Assembly (NCBI GenBank): GCA_964536865.1
Contig: CAZHYN010000020.1
Coordinates: forward strand, 1-12,511
DNA length: 12,511 nt
Direction: 5' to 3'
Source: an uncultured Planctomycetia bacterium
GTDB taxonomy: Bacteria; Omnitrophota; Gorgyraeia; Duberdicusellales; 4484-171
Positions 6,010 through 12,511 of this stretch are shown piece after piece. Made by a program: the position numbers and the translations under genes. The notes beneath the pieces were generated by a model, which saw nothing but the letters and a program-made list of their open reading frames with translations, searched no databases and was not told the origin of the DNA. Each line of letters begins with the position of its first letter. Within the stretch, counting starts at the first letter, position 1.

Positions 6010-6018
6010 AGAAATGTT

Positions 6019-6807
6019 ATGAAGATAATTGTGTGTATAAAGCAGGTACCGGAAACTACGGAGGTGAAAATTAACCCTGAAACTAATACGTTAATAAGAG
6101 AGGGTGTAGCCTCCATTATTAATCCCTTTGATATGTATGCAATTGAAGAGGCAGTGAGGTTAAAAGAGAGATATTCTGCTCACACCTTCGTAATTACTAT
6201 GGGGCCGCCTCAGGCAGAGGATGCTCTGCGTGAGGCTCTTTCTATAGGGATTGATGAGGCAATTCATATCTCTGATAAGGCATTTGCTGGCTCTGATACT
6301 TGGGTAACCAGTTTGGTGTTAGCTAAGGCTATAGAAAGAGTGGGTGATTACGATTTAATCATTTGTGGTAAACAGGCCTCTGATGGTGATACTGCTCAGG
6401 TAGGGCCAGGGATAGCCACCCATCTTAATCTTCCTCAGGCCACCTATGTGAGGAAAATTAGTAGTATCGATGAGAAAAATAAGATTATGAGAGTAGAACG
6501 TCTTTTAGAGGATGGTTACGAAATCTTAGAACTTTTTCTTCCTGCACTTATTACTGTAGTTAAAGAAATAAATGAGCCTCGTCTTCCTTCTTTGAGAGGT
6601 AAACTGCGGGCAAAGAAGCAATCTATTCCTATATGGATGCATACAGATTTGGGTCTAAGGGAAGAAGAGGTAGGTTTAAGTGGATCTCCTACTCAGGTAG
6701 TAAGGATTTTTACCCCGCCTTCTCGTCCTAAAGGGGAAATCTTTGAGGGAGACCCAGAAGAATGTGTGAATAGCTTAGTGGAGAAGTTAAGAATTCACAT
6801 TCTATGA
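6019..6807 (+). CDS. etfB: electron transfer flavoprotein, beta subunit
   Basis: 262 aa. It has MKIIVCIKQVPET at the N-terminus and GKQASDGDTAQVGPGIATHLNLPQATYV (motif at 6382-6408). The stop overlaps the etfA start (ATGA at 6804-6807). Confidence 0.92.
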   Translation: MKIIVCIKQVPETTEVKINPETNTLIREGVASIINPFDMYAIEEAVRLKERYSAHTFVITMGPPQAEDALREALSIGIDEAIHISDKAFAGSDTWVTSLVLAKAIERVGDYDLIICGKQASDGDTAQVGPGIATHLNLPQATYVRKISSIDEKNKIMRVERLLEDGYEILELFLPALITVVKEINEPRLPSLRGKLRAKKQSIPIWMHTDLGLREEEVGLSGSPTQVVRIFTPPSRPKGEIFEGDPEECVNSLVEKLRIHIL

Positions 6808-8012
6808 AGGATAGAGGTATAAGAGTTATAAAGGAGAAGTGTGTAGGATGTGGGTTATGTATGAAAGTTTGCCCTTTTTCTGCCATTGTTTTAGAGAATA
6901 ATTTGGCTGTAATAGACTTGAGTAAATGTACTCTTTGCGGTGCCTGTAAAGAGGCTTGTAAATTCGACGCTATTGAAATCTTTAAACCTCAAGTTGTAGA
7001 TACCACTTCGATAGGAGAACATAAGGGAGTGTGGGTATTTGTAGAGGAGGAAGATGGTAAGATTGCTGGTGTTTCTTTTGAACTTTTAGGGAAAGCTAAA
7101 GAGTTAGCTAAGGATTTAGATAGTGAAGTAGTAGCGGTTTATCTTGGTTATAATCTAAAAGAAAAATACTCTCAGTTATTTCGTAAGGGAGCAGATAAAG
7201 TAATCTTTGTAGATAAACCTCAACTTAAAGTATTCATCTCAGAAAATTATGCTAACATTATCTCTTCTTTAATTCAGAAATATAAACCAGAGATTTTTCT
7301 TGCTGGAGCTACTACTAAAGGAAGGAGTTTGGTTTCTAGAATTGCAGTAAAGATTCGTACTGGACTTACTGCTGATTGTACAGGTTTAGAGATTGATAAA
7401 GAGAAAAGATTGCTTATCCAAACCCGTCCTGCTTTCGGAGGTAATATCATGGCTCAGATTATTACTCCCAATCACCGGCCTCAGATGGCTACCGTGCGAC
7501 ACAAAGTTATGAAAGAATTAGAGGGAACTTTTTCTTCGGTAGGCGAAGTTATTGAGGAAAATCTCGATGGAGAATTTATTGATCGGAGAGTAAAGTTTAT
7601 TGATTTTATCAAGGAGGAGGGGTATAAGGTTAACTTAGCTGATGCAGATGTAATTGTTTCTGGAGGTAGAGGCTTAGGTGCTCCAGATAATTTTAAGTTA
7701 ATTAGAGAATTAGCAGAAGTTTTAGGAGCGGCTGTAGGAGCCTCTCGTGCTGCTGTAGATAGTGGTTGGATACCTTACTCTCATCAAGTAGGTCAGACTG
7801 GTAGAACTGTTTCCCCTAAGATATACATTGCTTGTGGGATTTCAGGACAGATTCAGCATTTAGTAGGAATGCAGTCATCAAAAATTATTGTAGCCATAAA
7901 CAAAGATCCTGAAGCTCCCATATTTAAAGTAGCCAACTATGGTATTGTAGGAGATCTTTTCAAAGTTGTCCCTCTCCTTACTCAAAGATTTAAAGAGATA
8001 ATAAAAAGATAG
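6804..8012 (+). CDS. etfA: electron transfer flavoprotein, alpha subunit with N-terminal 2x[4Fe-4S] ferredoxin domain
   Basis: 402 aa. The N-terminus carries CVGCGLCMKVCP and CTLCGACKEAC, two CxxCxxCxxxC clusters. The C-terminal FAD-binding region reads SGGRGLG...YIACGISGQIQHLVGMQSSKIIVAINKDPEAPIFKVANYGIVGDLFKVVP. Confidence 0.9.
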   Translation: MKDRGIRVIKEKCVGCGLCMKVCPFSAIVLENNLAVIDLSKCTLCGACKEACKFDAIEIFKPQVVDTTSIGEHKGVWVFVEEEDGKIAGVSFELLGKAKELAKDLDSEVVAVYLGYNLKEKYSQLFRKGADKVIFVDKPQLKVFISENYANIISSLIQKYKPEIFLAGATTKGRSLVSRIAVKIRTGLTADCTGLEIDKEKRLLIQTRPAFGGNIMAQIITPNHRPQMATVRHKVMKELEGTFSSVGEVIEENLDGEFIDRRVKFIDFIKEEGYKVNLADADVIVSGGRGLGAPDNFKLIRELAEVLGAAVGASRAAVDSGWIPYSHQVGQTGRTVSPKIYIACGISGQIQHLVGMQSSKIIVAINKDPEAPIFKVANYGIVGDLFKVVPLLTQRFKEIIKR

Positions 8013-8013
8013 G

Positions 8014-11000
8014 ATGTATCTTAAGTCCTTAGAAATCTTTGGATTTAAGTCCTTTCCAGAAAAAACTGTTTTAAAATTCGAGCCAGGAATTACGATAATT
8101 GTAGGGCCTAACGGGTGTGGCAAGAGTAATCTTTTTGATGCTATAAAATGGGCTTTAGGAGAACAAAGTCCTAAGTCTTTGAGAGGTTCTAAGATGGAAG
8201 ATGTTATCTTTAATGGAACTCAGAATTATCCTCCTTTAAACTATACCGAGGTCACTCTTACTTTCTCTAACGAGGATAATTATCTCCCTATAGATTATAA
8301 AGAGGTAGCTGTAACTAGAAGATTATATCGTTCGGGAGAGAGCGAATATTACTTGAATAAGAATTTAGTGAGACTAAAGGATATCCAGAATTTATTCTTA
8401 GGCACAGGGGTGGGAGAGGCTACCTATTCCTTTATAGAACAGGGTAAGATTGAGATTTTTCTGAGTTATAAGCCAGAAGAGAAGCGAGTAATCTTTGATG
8501 AAGCCTCAGGGATAATAAAGTATAAAGAGAGGAAAAAGGAAACCATAAAAAAACTCGAGGATACCGAGCAGAACTTATTGCGGTTAGAAGACATTATTTC
8601 TGAAGTTACTCGCCAAATTAGATATTTAGAGAGACAGGTAGAGAAAGCAAGAAAGTTTAAGGAGATAGAAGCTCAGCTTATAGAAGCAGAAAGAAAGATC
8701 GCTAGTATAAACTATAAAAAGTTAGAGAGAGATATTGATGTTTCTCTAGAGGAGTTAAATAAGCTAAAGGAAGAAGAGGCTCAGAGAGAAGAGGAGATTC
8801 TTTCTCATCGGAGAGAAATAGAGAAGCTAACTGAGAAGATTAAAGAAGTGGAAGGTGAACTTGAGATCCTACATTCTAAAGTAATTTCTTCCACTTCTAA
8901 GATAGACCTTTATAAGAGTCATATTGAAATGAATTCTCAACGTGAAGAGGAAGCAAGGTCAAAAATTGAAGTTATAGAAAGAGAATTATCTCAATTAAAA
9001 GAAAAATTACTCTCTCAGGAAGAAAGGATTAATCAAGAAAAAGAAAATACCTTCTCTTTGGATAGGGAGTTGAAAAATCTAAGTCAACATATAAGTACTC
9101 TAAAAGATAAAAAAGTGGAGTGTCAGAAATCGTTAGATTCACTTTCTTTGGAGATAGAAGATATCAAGCAGAAAATTTTAGTTGAAGAGGCTCAAAGAGC
9201 AGATATAAATAATGAACTTATTGAGGTTAACACCTATCTTAAAAATCTCTATTCTAGGAAAAGAAGATTATTATTAGATAAAGAGAGGTTAAATAATATT
9301 TTTGATGAGGCCAACACCTCTCTCTCTGAGATCTCCCACAATATTGAGGAGTTAAATAACCTTTATTTACAACTTAAGAGGAAAAAAGATGAACTTATCG
9401 AAAGGATGAAAGTATATGAGAAAGAGAAAGAAGAACTTATCCAAAGTAAAATAGAGAAAGAAAAAGAATTAACAGAGCTTACATCTAACTATGAACTTTT
9501 AAAAGACTTAAGGTTAAGATATGAAGGTATTTCTTCCTTCCGTAAGATAAAACTTACCTTCTATGAAGAACCATCCCATATCAATAAGCTAATCATTTCT
9601 TTAAAAGAAGGAGATTTGCATAAAAGAGAGGAGAGGGGTCCTTGGGAGTTAGAAGTAGAAGCTAAGGTTATTATTTTCCGAGAGGAAGAACTTAAAGAGA
9701 AGATTGACCAACTTTCTCAACAGATAGAAAAGATAAATAGTAGTTTACTTCAGGAGAATGAGAATTTAGAAGAGATAAAGAAAGAGTGGCACCAAATAAG
9801 TAATGAAATTTCCCAGCTAGATAAAAAGTTAGGAGAAAAAATTAAAGAAAAAGACGGTGTAGATAGGGAGTTTTTAAGAGTAAAAGAGGAGTTTGATTTA
9901 CTTAATCAGGAGATAGAAACTAACCTTGCTGAGATTAGAGATGAGGAGAAAAAGAAGAGTAATTTGGAGGTTGCCTTAAAGGATAAAGAAACTCTTTTAT
10001 CTAATTTGGAGGAAAGATTGGTTTCCATACAGAGGGAGCGCCAGGCTTTAGATAAAGAATTGAACTCTTTAGAAATTGATCTTACAAGAAAAGAAGGAGA
10101 GATTGTTTCTTTGCGAGAGAGTAAAAATTCTTTAGCAGGGAAGGTTCAAATGTTAGAGGAAGCTAAAAGTAGTATATTAGCTAGTATAGAGAAACTAAAC
10201 GTAGAGAAGGAGGAGAATATAAAAAAGATTGAGGCATTGGATAAAGAAATTAGCGCTCTACAGAATGATATTGCTAGGAAAGAAGAAGAGATAGAAACTC
10301 TACACCAAAACGAGAAGATGTTTCTTGAAGAGAAAGAGAGATTAACTAAGAATAAAGAAGAATTTTCTTCTCGTCTTAGGGTGTTAGAGGATGGTCTTGG
10401 GAAGGTAAAGGATCTCATTTATCAGAAAAAGTTAAAGATTCAGGAGTTAGAGTTTGAGAAAAGTAAGATTGCTGATTACTTAAGACAGGTCTATAACTTA
10501 GAATTTCAATTATGTGAGGTAGAGGAGGATTTAGATACTCTAATAAAGGAAAAAGATAATTTAAAAAAGAAATTAGCCTCTCTGGGGGAAGTTAATTTAG
10601 TGGCGATTGAAGAGTTCGATGAGTTAAATAAACGCTATCAGTTTTTAGAGGAACAAAGGCATGATCTTATAAACTCTAAAGAGGAATTGAAGAAAGCTAT
10701 TTCTAGAATAAATAAAACCTCACGGGAGATATTTTTGGAAGTATTTTCTAAGATAAAGGAGGAGTTTAAAAAGAATTTCCGCTTCTTATTTGGAGGAGGA
10801 AGAGCAGAGTTAGTTTTACTTGATGAGTCTAATATTTTGGAGTCAGGAATAGAGATTGAAGTTCAACCTCCAGGTAAGAAATTGCAGAATGTTTCTTTAC
10901 TTTCTGGAGGGGAAAAAGCTTTAACAGCGATTGCTCTTATATTTTCTATTTTTAGTGTGAGACCTTCTCCTCTGTGTGTACTTGACGAGATAGATGCTCC

Positions 11001-11190
11001 TTTAGATGAAGCTAACGTGGGTCGTTTTAATCATCTTCTTAAGGGATTTGCTCAAAAGTCTCAATTTATAATCATCACCCATAATAAAAAAACGATGAGT
11101 ACCGCGGATGTACTCTATGGGGTTACTATGGAGGAAAAAGGTATTTCTAAAATAGTTTCTGTTAAGTTCGCTAAGGAAGCATTAAGCTAA
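8014..11190 (+). CDS. smc: SMC chromosome-condensation ATPase with canonical heads and arms but a non-canonical, very short central (hinge) segment
   Basis: 1058 aa. The N-head reads LKSLEIFGFKSF...GPNGCGKSN (Walker A 8104-8130) ..FDAIKWALGEQS, with Q-loop IEQG. The C-head has FGGGRAEL, signature LSGGE (10900-10914) and Walker B LCVLDEID (10972-10995). Long E/K/L-rich coiled-coil arms lie on both sides of residues 503-555. Confidence 0.9.
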   Translation: MYLKSLEIFGFKSFPEKTVLKFEPGITIIVGPNGCGKSNLFDAIKWALGEQSPKSLRGSKMEDVIFNGTQNYPPLNYTEVTLTFSNEDNYLPIDYKEVAVTRRLYRSGESEYYLNKNLVRLKDIQNLFLGTGVGEATYSFIEQGKIEIFLSYKPEEKRVIFDEASGIIKYKERKKETIKKLEDTEQNLLRLEDIISEVTRQIRYLERQVEKARKFKEIEAQLIEAERKIASINYKKLERDIDVSLEELNKLKEEEAQREEEILSHRREIEKLTEKIKEVEGELEILHSKVISSTSKIDLYKSHIEMNSQREEEARSKIEVIERELSQLKEKLLSQEERINQEKENTFSLDRELKNLSQHISTLKDKKVECQKSLDSLSLEIEDIKQKILVEEAQRADINNELIEVNTYLKNLYSRKRRLLLDKERLNNIFDEANTSLSEISHNIEELNNLYLQLKRKKDELIERMKVYEKEKEELIQSKIEKEKELTELTSNYELLKDLRLRYEGISSFRKIKLTFYEEPSHINKLIISLKEGDLHKREERGPWELEVEAKVIIFREEELKEKIDQLSQQIEKINSSLLQENENLEEIKKEWHQISNEISQLDKKLGEKIKEKDGVDREFLRVKEEFDLLNQEIETNLAEIRDEEKKKSNLEVALKDKETLLSNLEERLVSIQRERQALDKELNSLEIDLTRKEGEIVSLRESKNSLAGKVQMLEEAKSSILASIEKLNVEKEENIKKIEALDKEISALQNDIARKEEEIETLHQNEKMFLEEKERLTKNKEEFSSRLRVLEDGLGKVKDLIYQKKLKIQELEFEKSKIADYLRQVYNLEFQLCEVEEDLDTLIKEKDNLKKKLASLGEVNLVAIEEFDELNKRYQFLEEQRHDLINSKEELKKAISRINKTSREIFLEVFSKIKEEFKKNFRFLFGGGRAELVLLDESNILESGIEIEVQPPGKKLQNVSLLSGGEKALTAIALIFSIFSVRPSPLCVLDEIDAPLDEANVGRFNHLLKGFAQKSQFIIITHNKKTMSTADVLYGVTMEEKGISKIVSVKFAKEALS

Positions 11191-12339
11191 GAGAACTTTG
11201 TTTTTGCCTTCTCTCTTGGCGCGGTAGAGAGCCAAATCAGCCTTTCTTATTAATTCGTCTTTCTGAAGAGTATCTTGAGGGAAAGAAGAAATACCTATAC
11301 TTATAGTAAAATTAGTATTTACAATTTTTGCTTCCTCGATTGCTTTTCTGATTCTTTCTCCAATTATTTTTGCTTCCTCTTTATCAGTATAAGGAAGAAT
11401 TAGGGTAAACTCCTCCCCACCATAGCGGGCAACAATATCTATTTTTCGGGAGTTATCTTTTAAGATTTCTCCTATGCGTCTTAAAACTTTGTCTCCTTCT
11501 TGATGCCCGAAGGTATCATTAAATTTTTTGAAATCATCAATATCTAACATCATCACAGAAATCTTATAATTTTGAGCTTTTGCTTTTATAAGTTCTTCAT
11601 CCAACCGATATTGAAAATAACCGTAGTTCCATAATCCTGTGAGGGAGTCGGTATGGGCTTTCATTAGAGTGTCCTCAAAAACTTTTGAATTTTCAATAGC
11701 CCCTGCTGCTTGATTGACGAACATAGTAAGAATTTTTATATCTTCCTCAGTGATGGGTTTATGAGTAATACAGTTATCCACCTCAATTATCCCTAAAGGG
11801 TTATCTTTGGACCAAAGAGGAGCAATTACAAACTCTTCTAATTTGAGCTTCTTTACTAAAGGATCGTTACTATATTTTCTACCTCCCTCCTTAGTCACAT
11901 CAATATGCAGAGGTATAACTTCATATAGAGTTTCATAAATAAGACCTGCTTCTTGGGAAAGAGGAAATTTTAAAGAATGGACGAATTCCATAAATTTTGG
12001 CTTCTCTTCAGCCTCTTTTATTTTGTGATAGGCTTTTATAAGAGCGTATAAGTCCATTTTTTGCTCCTCTATAGCTTTCCAGATTCTATTAGCTTCTTCA
12101 GAGTCCATAGGTCCTATCCCCATAAGCCCATTAATAGTTTTTTCTTTCTCGTCTACTAAAAAAAGCATTGCTCGGTTAAATCCTAAGCCATGATGAGCAG
12201 TTAATCCTGTAAGGATGATATAGGAAATTTCCTCTAATCGTAAGGTAGTGCGCATTGCCTGGGTAAGTTCATAGAAGATATAAAACTGAGACCGCGCTTT
12301 TTCTAATTCTCTCTTTAAATTCTCTAGCTCTCCTTCCAT
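11182..12339 (-). CDS. GAF-domain diguanylate cyclase (GGDEF, GGEEF variant, intact RxxD I-site)
   Basis: 385 aa. A short N-terminal coiled coil is followed by a GAF-like region (..LGFNRAMLFLVDEK...GIIEVDN..). The GGDEF domain then reads DSLTGLWNYGYF...MLDIDDFKKFNDTFGHQEGDKVL...RKID-IVARY-GGEEF (GGEEF at 11407-11421 on the minus strand) ...ALYRAKREGKNKV. Confidence 0.88.
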   Translation of the reverse strand: MEGELENLKRELEKARSQFYIFYELTQAMRTTLRLEEISYIILTGLTAHHGLGFNRAMLFLVDEKEKTINGLMGIGPMDSEEANRIWKAIEEQKMDLYALIKAYHKIKEAEEKPKFMEFVHSLKFPLSQEAGLIYETLYEVIPLHIDVTKEGGRKYSNDPLVKKLKLEEFVIAPLWSKDNPLGIIEVDNCITHKPITEEDIKILTMFVNQAAGAIENSKVFEDTLMKAHTDSLTGLWNYGYFQYRLDEELIKAKAQNYKISVMMLDIDDFKKFNDTFGHQEGDKVLRRIGEILKDNSRKIDIVARYGGEEFTLILPYTDKEEAKIIGERIRKAIEEAKIVNTNFTISIGISSFPQDTLQKDELIRKADLALYRAKREGKNKVLLA

Positions 12340-12351
12340 CTCTATATACCT

Positions 12352-12380
12352 TTAATAGCATACTTTTCAGAAAAAGTCAA
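12352..12380 (-). promoter_or_regulatory. candidate promoter for the diguanylate cyclase (TTGACT, 17 nt spacer, TGcTATTAA extended -10)
   Basis: The minus strand reads TTGACT (12380-12375), then 17 nt, then TATTAA (12357-12352) preceded by TGc. The ATG at 12339 is only 12 nt downstream of the -10 box, so the leader is very short or absent. Confidence 0.35.
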
Positions 12381-12511
12381 ATTACCAAGAAAGCTAAAGT
12401 AGGATAATGTAAAATATTTTCCACAAATTCCTAAGAGAGGAGATTAACAGCTAAATAAAAGGCATATCCTCACTTTAGGAATCATTGACAATATTAACCT
12501 GTTAATGAAAG

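Noticed and set aside
7878-8123. 81-aa minus-strand ORF spanning the etfA/smc junction
   Set aside because: It is antisense to the conserved EtfA C-terminus and the SMC Walker A region, so it is a shadow ORF.
10146-10418. 90-aa minus-strand ORF inside smc
   Set aside because: Its S/F/L-rich low-complexity peptide is simply the antisense of GAA/AAG/GAG-rich coiled-coil codons.
8560-10700. Apparent nucleotide repetitiveness (GAA/AAG/GAG runs) in smc as tandem repeats
   Set aside because: There is no fixed period. It reflects the Glu/Lys/Leu-rich heptad coiled coil of the SMC arms.

Overview
AT-rich bacterial chromosomal window with no rRNA genes and no CRISPR array. (1) 57-4379, + strand: five translationally coupled genes for a surface-glycan modification module. 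They encode a DUF5989/SxtK-like mini-protein, a half-size SxtJ-like membrane protein, a NodU/CmcH carbamoyltransferase, a membrane-anchored SGNH hydrolase and a GT4 glycosyltransferase. (2) 4380-6018: a 1.6-kb non-coding stretch of decayed sequence. It holds a frameshifted MshEN-like fragment, an internally deleted ISLre2/UPF0236-like transposase pseudogene preceded by an SD-sequestering hairpin, and a second inverted transposase scrap. It also holds a recurring GTAGTGATT motif, a duplicated tRNA 5' end and an intact tRNA-Leu(GAG). (3) 6019-8012: etfB-etfA of the bifurcating type, with a 2x[4Fe-4S] ferredoxin domain fused to EtfA and no partner dehydrogenase in view. (4) 8014-11190: smc, starting 1 nt after etfA. 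(5) 11182-12339, - strand: a GAF-GGDEF diguanylate cyclase whose 3' end overlaps smc by 9 nt. I do not see a clear new multi-gene system such as a defence island. The most unusual object is the SMC protein: its heads and arms are canonical, but the central hinge is replaced by a segment of about 53 aa with no recognisable hinge motifs. All family assignments come from reading motifs by eye, since no searches could be run.
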